From the IMG/VR virus record IMGVR_UViG_3300032309_001546, positions 1-64,000 of that record: DNA of 64,000 bases; one strand, given 5' to 3'. The stretch is from a virus. The first letter of the stretch is position 1. Each line of letters opens with the position of its first letter. Made by a program: the position numbers and the translations under genes. The notes below the pieces were generated by a model. That model ran no database searches and was not told the DNA's origin. It saw only the letters and a program-made list of their open reading frames with translations. Below are positions 22,048-30,336 of this stretch, one piece after another.

Positions 22048-23046
22048 ATGGCTGTAAAATATACTGATCAAATCTTTGGAGGAAGTGCAGTTCTATCAGT
22101 TGCTACGTTTGGGAATCTACCCGTGACTGGAGCTACTGACCAACGCATTAGTATCACAGGGGAGTCGTCACTATTTGATACGACAAGTTATCCTGCAATT
22201 GTTGCATGGAGTGGGTCAGCTTGGGAATTAGAAAGTTGCGCTGCTACATATCTTAATGTAGGTGCTGTAGAATTTGCCTCTGGAACTTGGACAGGAACAG
22301 GGGGCACTGTAAGTACTAAGAGTGGCGCAAGAATTGTAGACACTACATATAAAGAGTCTTGGATCTGGAACTCTACTAGTAATATCTTTGTTCCTAGTTA
22401 TCTTGGACTTACTACTGTAAATTTTCAACAAAAGATTAAAGGAGATAGTACAACACTTGAATCTGGATGGACATCGCAAGTTGATACAGCTTGTACTCTT
22501 GTGGTAGACGGAGGAAATAAATTACTAGCTACTGCGGCAAGCGCATCTAGTGCTAGTAGATACGTCAAATTCTATTGTACTGACACTGCAGGAACAGGAA
22601 CTGCAAATAACTTTTATATGAAATGTTTAGTACAAAGAACAAACTTTACTATGGGTACAACGGGAGGTATTAATTTCTATCTTAGACACGATACAGGTAA
22701 TGGCGGTCGTATAGTAGAGTTTGGCGATGGAAGCAATACTCAAGGAAGTATTGATGTTGGTGGCAAATTTATGAATAGAGCAAGTACTTTTAACGTAACA
22801 TATACAGCAACAGCAAATAGAGGGGATACAGCTTGGACATCAGAAACTCTTGTTCAGTTCAGAGTACTTGCTGGAGCTGCTGCTCAAGTTAAAATAGGAA
22901 CAGGAGCGTGGCATGATATTGCTGTTAGCACATGCAGAACTGGCCCTGCTACTTTAAGATTTGAAATGGGGGTTGCTTCAAATAACAGTAGTCTCAATAT
23001 AGCAGCTTGTAAATTAAGATACTTACAAGCTATTAGATATACTTAA
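22048..23046 (+). CDS. Putative receptor-binding/tail spike protein
   Basis: Start moved to ATG 22048 (MAVKYTDQ) after a GGGAG RBS; T/G/S-rich beta protein. Confidence 0.5.
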   Translation: MAVKYTDQIFGGSAVLSVATFGNLPVTGATDQRISITGESSLFDTTSYPAIVAWSGSAWELESCAATYLNVGAVEFASGTWTGTGGTVSTKSGARIVDTTYKESWIWNSTSNIFVPSYLGLTTVNFQQKIKGDSTTLESGWTSQVDTACTLVVDGGNKLLATAASASSASRYVKFYCTDTAGTGTANNFYMKCLVQRTNFTMGTTGGINFYLRHDTGNGGRIVEFGDGSNTQGSIDVGGKFMNRASTFNVTYTATANRGDTAWTSETLVQFRVLAGAAAQVKIGTGAWHDIAVSTCRTGPATLRFEMGVASNNSSLNIAACKLRYLQAIRYT

Positions 23047-23068
23047 AGAATAGAAATTCTGGGGGCAT

Positions 23069-23602
23069 ATGAAATATACAAGTGAAATAAACAAGTATGA
23101 CACGGTTGATTACTGTGTCTATAGCGACATGTCTACTCAAGAAGCAACAGTAAATAATGCAAAGTATGTTATGCAATTCGATACGTTTGAGGAAGGTCAT
23201 AACATTACTGTTGAGCCTGATAGCCAAAGTCCTACGCCTAAGCCTACTAAGATTACAGTTAATAGAACTGGAGTATATAACATTGCATTCTCTGCTCAGT
23301 TAGATAGAGTTGCAAGTTCTGGCCATGCTGAAGTGAATATTTGGCTTAGAAAGAATGGGGAAACATCTGTATACGACGTACCAAGAACTGGTACTAAAGT
23401 TACATTAACTGGAAATATAAGGGCAGCTAAAGTCGTAGCAGCATGGAATTTCGTAGTTAGTGCGGAGGCGGGTGATTACTTTCAGTTAATGTGGAGCCCG
23501 ACTGATCATAATATTCATATTGTCAAAGGAGATGCAGTGACAACCCCAGGAAGCGAAAGACCGGCTATACCAAGTGTTATATTAACTGTATGGAGACTTT
23601 AA
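23069..23602 (+). CDS. C1q/BclA-C (TNF-like) domain protein, probable fibre tip
   Basis: 'KITVNRTGVYNIAFSAQL...NIWLRKNG...AGDYFQLMW' fits the C1q/BclA C-terminal jelly-roll pattern. Confidence 0.65.
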   Translation: MKYTSEINKYDTVDYCVYSDMSTQEATVNNAKYVMQFDTFEEGHNITVEPDSQSPTPKPTKITVNRTGVYNIAFSAQLDRVASSGHAEVNIWLRKNGETSVYDVPRTGTKVTLTGNIRAAKVVAAWNFVVSAEAGDYFQLMWSPTDHNIHIVKGDAVTTPGSERPAIPSVILTVWRL

Positions 23603-23617
23603 TTTTTAGGAGTTATT

Positions 23618-24166
23618 ATGTCAAATCAAAATCTTGTAGATATTGCGCTAAAAGAAGTTGGCGTCCGTGAAGTTCCTATCAATAGCAATAGAGGTCCTCG
23701 TGTTGAGGACTTCCAGAAGTACGTCGGTGCTTGGCTTGTAGGTGCCGCCTGGTGCGCTGCCTTTGTGGCTTGGGTCTTCGGGCAGGCCTATCCTGGTGCT
23801 AACCCTGCTGGAAAGCAAAGCTCAGCCGTAATGGGCTTCTGGACGCGTAATGCAGGCCGTGCAGACTTTGTTCGCTTCTTACCTGCTGATGTAAAGTCTG
23901 GCAAGTATAAGATTGAGCCAGGTGATCTATTTGTATTATGTAGTGATCCTGTTAAGGTACCTCTAGTTCAGGTTGGCAGAGTCAAAGCACATACTGGTCA
24001 CATTGGTATCTGTGATGGTGCTATGCTTAGTGCTACTAAGTTCGGCACCGTAGAAGGTAATACGAATGAAGCTGGTAGCCGTGAAGGTGGTGGCGTCTAT
24101 CATCGCTCACGTAGCCTTGATGAAGCTAAGCTTGTAGGATTTGTACGTTATCTAGGTAAGAAGTAA
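23618..24166 (+). CDS. CHAP-domain endolysin
   Basis: Catalytic 'AWCAAFVAWV', 'GHIGI' and 'TVEGNT'; strong AGGAG RBS; no cell-wall-binding domain. Confidence 0.85.
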   Translation: MSNQNLVDIALKEVGVREVPINSNRGPRVEDFQKYVGAWLVGAAWCAAFVAWVFGQAYPGANPAGKQSSAVMGFWTRNAGRADFVRFLPADVKSGKYKIEPGDLFVLCSDPVKVPLVQVGRVKAHTGHIGICDGAMLSATKFGTVEGNTNEAGSREGGGVYHRSRSLDEAKLVGFVRYLGKK

Positions 24167-24465
24167 TGTTCAACCTCTCTGCTATACTTTTTAAAAGATT
24201 TAGTGGAGCTTTTCTTGGGGACAAAAGCAACTACATTAGTCGTAAGCTTGGTTTGGTATACTGGGCCTTGCATACATTAACGTTCTTATATCTTATGAGT
24301 CCTATTGGACAAGCTACTGGTCTCTACATTATTCCTCAGCTAATGGGTGATGATGTATTTACTGCAGCTTTTGTAGGGCTTGTAGGATTATATATGGGTG
24401 CTAATGTTATAGATAGAACACGAGGCACAGATACAAATCTTAAAGAAAATAAAGTGGAGGACTAA
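24166..24465 (+). CDS. Holin-like membrane protein
   Basis: 99 aa, two hydrophobic helices ('SRKLGLVYWALHTLTFLYL', 'FTAAFVGLVGLYMGANV'), charged C-tail, coupled to the endolysin. Confidence 0.6.
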   Translation: MFNLSAILFKRFSGAFLGDKSNYISRKLGLVYWALHTLTFLYLMSPIGQATGLYIIPQLMGDDVFTAAFVGLVGLYMGANVIDRTRGTDTNLKENKVED

Positions 24466-24666
24466 ATGGCCATTGAGAATAATTATGTTCTAGAAAGAAT
24501 TGCAGCTATTGAGAAGCGTATTAATGATCTTCAAAAGATTATTGAGAATATTCCTAAGCTACGCCAGGTTGGCGCGCTAAAAGCAACGATAGAGCAAGAG
24601 CAGAAAGACTTGACTGCTAAAGTATTTGATTTAACTGCTAGAGTTGAAAAACTTGAAAATAAGTAA
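24466..24666 (+). CDS. Small coiled-coil protein
   Basis: 66 aa with heptads; GGAGG RBS; last gene of the + operon. Confidence 0.6.
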   Translation: MAIENNYVLERIAAIEKRINDLQKIIENIPKLRQVGALKATIEQEQKDLTAKVFDLTARVEKLENK

Positions 24667-24684
24667 GTTAAATTAGATAGGAAT

Positions 24685-24723
24685 AAAAAACCCCAGCCAA
24701 ACCAATGACTGGGGTTTTCTTTT
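24685..24723. terminator. Bidirectional intrinsic terminator between convergent operons
   Basis: AAAAAACCCCAG...CTGGGGTTTTCTTTT: GC stem with an A tract on the left and a T tract on the right, at the strand switch. Confidence 0.85.
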
Positions 24724-24735
24724 GTCTATTCTAAG

Positions 24736-25149
24736 TTAGACGATTGTGATTGTCATTTTTAATGACGAAGTGTCTAGCGATCCGCTTAAAGCATTATCAT
24801 AGTCAATAGCAAAATACTCTGTCGTAATTGGAAATGTTACATCAACAGTCTCGTAAGAAAGTACTTGAGCAGGAGTACCAGTAAGTATTGCTTGCTCAAC
24901 TTCAACCAAAGTAGAGCCAAACCAAAGGTTAAAAACAATACTTTGACTATCGCTATCATAGGCTTGGATTCTTATACTCTTTGAGCGGCCTTGAGATGCA
25001 CTAAGACTACTGCAATTAATTATAGTAGCTTGACTACCATCTCCCGCACCATTTGTAATAAATGGAAGCTCAGCAAGTGAGAAATACTCGCTGTGATGGT
25101 AAGTCAGCATTTCCTTATTAACTTTCTCACCATAAGTTAAGCCAGGCAT
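24736..25149 (-). CDS. Hypothetical protein (beta-rich)
   Basis: 137-aa ORF coupled (TAATG) to the upstream gene. Confidence 0.55.
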   Translation of the reverse strand: MPGLTYGEKVNKEMLTYHHSEYFSLAELPFITNGAGDGSQATIINCSSLSASQGRSKSIRIQAYDSDSQSIVFNLWFGSTLVEVEQAILTGTPAQVLSYETVDVTFPITTEYFAIDYDNALSGSLDTSSLKMTITIV

Positions 25150-25649
25150 TATTCAGACTCCTCAGCTGAAACGTCTTGGCTCTTCTTTGACTTACGCTTC
25201 TTTGGAGCTTCGTCTGCTTCCTTCTCTGTAGCTAACACGTCTTCTTGAGGTTCCTCTAAGACAGTATCAGAAACTTCTTCTTCCGCAGCTATAACCTGAG
25301 CAGCGACAACTGAAGCTTCCTCTGCTTCCTTCTCTGCATGAACCACTGGCTCGTATCTCTCTTCAACTTCAACTTCTCCTGTCTCTCCTAGAATGCTCTT
25401 AGCAAAGTCAAGAGTCTTCTTAAGATTCTTTAGACCCATGAAGTTTAAAAGCATCTGACTCTTCGGAGGTGGCTCTGTAATAAGAGGAACAATCTTTGTG
25501 ATGACAAGACCATTCTTGACGAAACTTGGATTGACATAGAAGCGAAAATCAGTAGCTCCCAGTGCAGAGCCAATGCGAATTGCCTCTTTAACTGTGTTTA
25601 GATTTTCTTTAGAAAGGTCAACTAATTTAATATCCTTATCAGCGCTCAT
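25149..25649 (-). CDS. Hypothetical protein with acidic and Lys-rich disordered tail
   Basis: Start moved to ATG 25649 (MSADK) after an AAGGA RBS. Confidence 0.55.
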   Translation of the reverse strand: MSADKDIKLVDLSKENLNTVKEAIRIGSALGATDFRFYVNPSFVKNGLVITKIVPLITEPPPKSQMLLNFMGLKNLKKTLDFAKSILGETGEVEVEERYEPVVHAEKEAEEASVVAAQVIAAEEEVSDTVLEEPQEDVLATEKEADEAPKKRKSKKSQDVSAEESE

Positions 25650-25742
25650 AGTATTCCTTACAATATTAACAAAATATTTGTGTAATTGCAGCAATAAATA
25701 TTGCTAGTATTGCATGCAATATATTATCTTTATCGCCGTTCA

Positions 25743-26288
25743 TTACTTGGTGATGGTATTGCGTCTACGTAGAAATAGAAAAGTACCAACTATAGCAAAA
25801 AAAGCGAAGACACTAGCAGTATTAGAAACAACTGAACACCCAGCTTCGTCCTTGCTTTTATCGGCAGCGACGGCCGCTCCTGAGCCGCTACCGTCTGTCT
25901 CGGGGAGAGCGGTGTCAGCGCCAGCATCAGCGCCAGAGCCGCTACCATCTACGGAAACAACTTCACCTGAACCAGAACCGCCACCTGTAGGTTCGCCAGA
26001 TCCACAATCAGGATCAACGGTAGCTGAACCCTCGGCACCTGAGCCTGAACCTGAAGTAGCGGTATCGCAAGGAGCAGGAACTGCCTCGGGGACGCAAGCA
26101 AGTAGCTCTGTAGCACAGGAGTCACATGCTGAACCTTCAGCACAGGGAGGGCACTCAGCGCTACCCACAGCAGCACAGACTTCACCAATAGCGCAGTCAG
26201 CAGTTGTGACGCACTCAGTGGCATAGGCAGTTGAAGCTACAAGTAGAGTAGCAAGAAACGAAACTAGGGAAAACTTAATCTTATTCAT
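25743..26288 (-). CDS. Secreted Cys-rich surface protein with a MYXO-CTERM-type sorting signal
   Basis: Signal peptide MNKIKFSLVSFLATLLVASTAYA; Cys-rich domain; GSGSG/DAG linker; C-terminal 'AGCSVV' + TM helix + 'RRR'; GGAG RBS before ATG 26288. Confidence 0.75.
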   Translation of the reverse strand: MNKIKFSLVSFLATLLVASTAYATECVTTADCAIGEVCAAVGSAECPPCAEGSACDSCATELLACVPEAVPAPCDTATSGSGSGAEGSATVDPDCGSGEPTGGGSGSGEVVSVDGSGSGADAGADTALPETDGSGSGAAVAADKSKDEAGCSVVSNTASVFAFFAIVGTFLFLRRRNTITK

Positions 26289-26310
26289 TTTAATCTCCAT
26301 TATCAATTAA

Positions 26311-27030
26311 CTAGTTAGTAGGAAGAACAACTGCATAATAAGCAGGGTTCCATGAGAGATGCTTATATATATCTTTCTTTAATGCGTTGTATACTTTTTC
26401 GGGGTTACCGAATGTTGCAAGTTCTGCTTTACGAGCAATCCATTCCTTATCAAGACGAGCCTTAAGCTCAGGCTCTTTTGAAGTATGGTCTGCAAGTAGC
26501 TCAGCACGAGTCTTATCTTTGCTTACAAATATATCAAGAGTCCAGAACCAACGAGTATTGCCATCTACAACCTTTGAGTCCTGGCGATAACTAAAACCAA
26601 TTGCCTTGCTATTGTTATAGACAAGCTTACTAATTAGTTCCGCAGCCTCTAACTTACTAATCTTAGTAGGATTAGCAACTTCATGCTTCACAGGAATATA
26701 ATCATAGCTAGGTCCACAAACAAGACGAAGTTCAGTGAGGTTACCATACGAGCTAATAGCAGTATGGATACTAGTTGTTAAGAGCTCTTGCTTAGTAAAA
26801 GCTTCGCCACCCGGCACCATCAAAGCAGGATTAGTAAAAACATGAATGTTAGAACTAACAGGAGCAAACTCCTTCATCTTGTTTACAATGTCAGTCTGCG
26901 AAGTTGCATTGACAATAATGTTTTTAATCTCGGGTTGGTCTTGTAGCTCACGTCTTAGATCTTCAGTTAGAAGCTCTTCACCTGAAGGTCTTCCACTTAC
27001 AACTGCGGTCATCCCTTTTGCTTTTGCCAT
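26311..27030 (-). CDS. Hypothetical protein
   Basis: 239-aa ORF with AGGAG RBS. Confidence 0.6.
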   Translation of the reverse strand: MAKAKGMTAVVSGRPSGEELLTEDLRRELQDQPEIKNIIVNATSQTDIVNKMKEFAPVSSNIHVFTNPALMVPGGEAFTKQELLTTSIHTAISSYGNLTELRLVCGPSYDYIPVKHEVANPTKISKLEAAELISKLVYNNSKAIGFSYRQDSKVVDGNTRWFWTLDIFVSKDKTRAELLADHTSKEPELKARLDKEWIARKAELATFGNPEKVYNALKKDIYKHLSWNPAYYAVVLPTN

Positions 27031-27039
27031 CTTGTCTCC

Positions 27040-27264
27040 TTAATCACTTAATGTGTTTATCATTTGTTGTTTTAACTCTTTATACTCATTTACTGTGAGA
27101 ATCATAGTATTTTGTATCTCAGTTTGAGTCATTCCTAAAAAGTAAGATCTCACAAATGACTGAAGAGTGGCTGGCATTTTATCATATTTTTTTATAATAT
27201 CTAACTTATTTATTAGATTTTTTTCTAGGTTTACGAGTATTTTTACTTTTGGTAGGTTTTGCAT
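27040..27264 (-). CDS. Stand-alone sigma-70 region 4-like HTH protein
   Basis: 'INKLDIIKKYDKMPATLQSFVRSYFLGMTQTEIQNTM' follows the region-4 pattern L.kLp.....i...YF.g.TQ.EI. Confidence 0.55.
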   Translation of the reverse strand: MQNLPKVKILVNLEKNLINKLDIIKKYDKMPATLQSFVRSYFLGMTQTEIQNTMILTVNEYKELKQQMINTLSD

Positions 27265-27748
27265 CTGTAGTCTTTTTCTTTGGCTTGGTTTTCTTCTGGT
27301 CCTCAGTAGCTAGGAGAGTATTAGGAATGGGGTACTCTATTTCATCTAGGATAGGCAGTACTTCTATTACTACTCTAGGGTTAAGAGCGTCATAGTACTT
27401 AAACAAAGTCATAGAAACAATCTGGCAATCATCACCATAGACTTGACCAGTCAAAGCATCGCATGTTGTCTTTGGGAGATTGGGTAAATCTTTGCGACGC
27501 TTAGTACCTAAGAAGTAATGTATGTTCATTTGAACTGGACCAACTGGGAAAAGTGGACGCTCAACTCCTGGGAACTGACTTAAGTATTCATCTATCTGAT
27601 GAGTAATAAGCTTTTCGTATTCCAGGAACTTCTCAGGTACATAGACTTCGCTCTTCTTAGTCTTCCAATTAAACCTACTCATAGTAGCATTGCTTTTGCT
27701 AATAGGTTCGCCATCAATAACAATTCTAAATAGGCTAACTTGACTCAA
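27206..27748 (-). CDS. rusA: RusA-family Holliday junction resolvase
   Basis: 'IDGEPISKSN', 'RRKDLPNLPKTTCDALTG.VYGDDCQIV' and 'NPRVVIEV' RusA motifs. Confidence 0.85.
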   Translation of the reverse strand: MSQVSLFRIVIDGEPISKSNATMSRFNWKTKKSEVYVPEKFLEYEKLITHQIDEYLSQFPGVERPLFPVGPVQMNIHYFLGTKRRKDLPNLPKTTCDALTGQVYGDDCQIVSMTLFKYYDALNPRVVIEVLPILDEIEYPIPNTLLATEDQKKTKPKKKTTDAKPTKSKNTRKPRKKSNK

Positions 27749-27756
27749 GCAATTCC

Positions 27757-28317
27757 TTATTTCTTTTTAAAGAATCCTGTGTTCGATTTGAACCCGGTAT
27801 TCCCATTCTCTTTTTGTTCTTGATATACACGTTTTGTATATTCTTTATTCATAGAAGATACACGTTTTCTATGATCTAGAATATCTTGATTAGGCGGTTC
27901 AATTGTCTTTGTAAAGCCATGATTAGCAAGCTCTAGTATAGCTTCTTTGTGTTTGTTGTCAAACACTTCTTGTGTAAAGCTATCCTTGTAACTGAATGCT
28001 ATGTATACAAGACCTGTTTGCTTAGCAGACAAAGCCTTATCTGTATCTCTAAGGGATCCTTTGGCAAAGTTGAAGTCAGCTTTCTGCTGGGAGATCCCAC
28101 CGAACGTAGCTGCTTTATAATGTTGTTCGCCATGAACTTCTATTACTAGATTTAAACTAGGAATGTAAAAGTCAAAGCGATCAAGAGGACTCGGATGGTC
28201 TGGGCATATATCTTTTACAATATGCTCTTGGTATATACCCAAACCACCAAAGTTCATTTCTTCAAGAAGCTCTCCCATCTTGCGATGATAGGAGCTCGCA
28301 TTCTTTGCATAGATCAT
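27757..28317 (-). CDS. PD-(D/E)XK endonuclease (DUF559/Vsr-like)
   Basis: 'RFDFYIPSLNLVIEVHGEQHY...RDTDK'. Confidence 0.8.
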   Translation of the reverse strand: MIYAKNASSYHRKMGELLEEMNFGGLGIYQEHIVKDICPDHPSPLDRFDFYIPSLNLVIEVHGEQHYKAATFGGISQQKADFNFAKGSLRDTDKALSAKQTGLVYIAFSYKDSFTQEVFDNKHKEAILELANHGFTKTIEPPNQDILDHRKRVSSMNKEYTKRVYQEQKENGNTGFKSNTGFFKKK

Positions 28318-28619
28318 TGTTGTCCAAATTTAACGCCGCTAATTCCATTTAACCAGTCGTCAATGAACTTCGCAATTTCACGGTACTCTTCATCGTCATC
28401 AATCATCTCAGGTTGCCCTGAGGTTGTTTCATTCAAGTACCATTTTTCTTCTAGCCCTTTAGCTATTCTAAGCATGATAAAGGTTCGGAAACCTTTACTT
28501 ACAGTACAGATATGGCGCACACTTGTTTTACCAGTAGGATCTGGTATGGCATTTTTTAACTCATATTGGTTACCATCAGTAACTTGAAGACTGCCAAAGT
28601 ATTTATTAAAGGTTGCCAT
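28314..28619 (-). CDS. Hypothetical protein
   Basis: 101 aa; C-terminal 'MIDDDEEYREIAKFI' is weakly DUF1292-like. Confidence 0.55.
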   Translation of the reverse strand: MATFNKYFGSLQVTDGNQYELKNAIPDPTGKTSVRHICTVSKGFRTFIMLRIAKGLEEKWYLNETTSGQPEMIDDDEEYREIAKFIDDWLNGISGVKFGQQ

Positions 28620-28627
28620 ATTAATCC

Positions 28628-29188
28628 TTAGTTAGAACTACCAAATCCTTTCTCGCCTCTCTCAGTATTAAGATACTCCTGAGGTATTTGACTAATGTCA
28701 TCTACTATCTTGAAAGTATACTTTGTCGGCTCAAGAGGAATTGCCTGAAGATAAGCTCTATCACTATCAAGAGTAATGTCGCGTACACTTCTTACAAGTG
28801 CCTTCCATTCATTTCTGTAGTCCCAATCAATGTAGCCTACAGTATTAGCTAGGGATATAGCATCTGTGTCGTAAACTTCAACATTTGCTGCCTTAAGTCT
28901 TTCAATATAAGGAGGATCCATAATGGTAGGATTCAACTTGCGAAGATTGCCAGAACTACTGCGAGGAAGTAGGAACATATCTGCACCAGGAGGAGCATAT
29001 GTCTTAAAACCCAAAGGAATCATGTAAGTCAAAGCATCTTCGGAGCTATGAGAACCTACTAGAAATAGATCCTTAGGAACGTCAAAGAACAAGTCAAGAG
29101 TTCGTGCCTCGTAATTCTTTTTTGTCTTACTAGCTAGTAGACCAGCAATTCTAGAGTTATTGGGTAAAACATAAATAAAGTTGTTCAT
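28628..29188 (-). CDS. dut: Trimeric dUTPase
   Basis: Motifs 'LPRSS', 'NTVGYIDWDYRNE', 'RAYLQ' and 'RGEKGFGSS'. Confidence 0.9.
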   Translation of the reverse strand: MNNFIYVLPNNSRIAGLLASKTKKNYEARTLDLFFDVPKDLFLVGSHSSEDALTYMIPLGFKTYAPPGADMFLLPRSSSGNLRKLNPTIMDPPYIERLKAANVEVYDTDAISLANTVGYIDWDYRNEWKALVRSVRDITLDSDRAYLQAIPLEPTKYTFKIVDDISQIPQEYLNTERGEKGFGSSN

Positions 29189-29203
29189 ATATTTTCTCCA
29201 GCT

Positions 29204-29581
29204 CTACTTCTTTCCATAGGATGTTAGGATAGTCTTGCATTGCTTAGGTAAGCTATTTAGTGCACGTTCATATATAGTCTCTAGCACTTCCGGCTTCTCT
29301 TCAAAGTGAGCTTGGTATTCCAAAGCTGTAAGAGAGTTTTCTTTGCAGTACTTTTCATGCTCTCTCTGCATTGCAGTTTGAAGCTGTCTATACTCGTACT
29401 CTCCACGCTTACGTCTTATCTTATTTAGGTCGTATTTGCCTCCAACATTTGGGCGGTAAGCATTATGTAGTCTTAGCATTTCAGCTGTGTCTCCATAAAT
29501 TCTTCCCACTCTCTGACCTGATGCATCAAGTGTTGAATCGTTCATTTCAATGGATGGTGTTTCAATATCAATAGACTTCAT
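29204..29581 (-). CDS. Hypothetical protein
   Basis: 125-aa ORF with ATGA overlap to the upstream gene. Confidence 0.55.
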   Translation of the reverse strand: MKSIDIETPSIEMNDSTLDASGQRVGRIYGDTAEMLRLHNAYRPNVGGKYDLNKIRRKRGEYEYRQLQTAMQREHEKYCKENSLTALEYQAHFEEKPEVLETIYERALNSLPKQCKTILTSYGKK

Positions 29582-30336
29582 TCATTTTCCTTTTTGTCTG
29601 AATACATACTATTGCACTTAGAGTACAGTGGGCATGTTTGTAGTTTACAATTAAAAATTGGTAAGTAGATATTCTTTTTATAAGCAAAAAGAACACTAGC
29701 ATATACGCTATTTAACTTTCTAAGATCTATATCTTTGTCTGTGAAATTCTCTATATTATAATTAGATCCACTTAGATATACAATATATATTTTCTTATTC
29801 CAATGCTTTAGTAGCGGCAAATGAAAGTATGCTGTTTTAATAAACTCTTTTCTTGGTAAGAAACTAAATAGAATGATTGCTTTATCAGTAACTATAGGGA
29901 TAGCAAAATTAACTGTTACTCCTAGACTACTGAATAACTCAACATAATTGATATGTTTTATACTTAGCTCTTGTAGATATGACCGCCATTTGAATATAGA
30001 AAATATAATGTCATTGTTTTTATTATGAAAAATAAAACTATGTCCTGCTTTTCTAAGTAAGTTCTGTGCTATGGAAAATCTTAAAACAATTTCCTCATCA
30101 GATGGGAATAATTGTTTTCTTCCATAGTAGTTTGTTACATACACCATTAAATGATGCAGTAACAGACTATATGGATCTTTGGAAAAATCCCAAGATGGCA
30201 CTCGATCTAGTATTTCATTCCTAAAGTATTCACCACACCGCATAAAGCTTATTAATTGATTAATACTAAGCTCACGAAGCTTAACATTAGTATCAACTAA
30301 TTCATCGATGGGTGCAGAGATCCTAGGCATCGTCAT
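29578..30336 (-). CDS. Cas4/AddB-like Fe-S protein, apparently catalytically degenerate
   Basis: N-terminal 'LSINQLISFMRC' and C-terminal 'CKLQTCPLYSKC' give the 1+3 Cys Fe-S staple; no D...(D/E)xK catalytic motif. Confidence 0.5.
   Translation of the reverse strand: MTMPRISAPIDELVDTNVKLRELSINQLISFMRCGEYFRNEILDRVPSWDFSKDPYSLLLHHLMVYVTNYYGRKQLFPSDEEIVLRFSIAQNLLRKAGHSFIFHNKNNDIIFSIFKWRSYLQELSIKHINYVELFSSLGVTVNFAIPIVTDKAIILFSFLPRKEFIKTAYFHLPLLKHWNKKIYIVYLSGSNYNIENFTDKDIDLRKLNSVYASVLFAYKKNIYLPIFNCKLQTCPLYSKCNSMYSDKKENE

Noticed and set aside
4717-23227. Short - strand and alternate-frame ORFs inside the structural genes
   Set aside because: Fully nested in long coupled + strand genes, with no motifs
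20590-23602. Diversity-generating retroelement or invertible tail-fibre switch
   Set aside because: No reverse transcriptase, TR/VR pair, invertase or inverted cassettes seen; only a 12-bp direct junction repeat
25714-26226. 170-aa + strand Pro/Ser/Ala-rich ORF
   Set aside because: Antisense shadow of the MYXO-CTERM gene, which has an RBS, signal peptide and sorting signal and matches the strand of its neighbours
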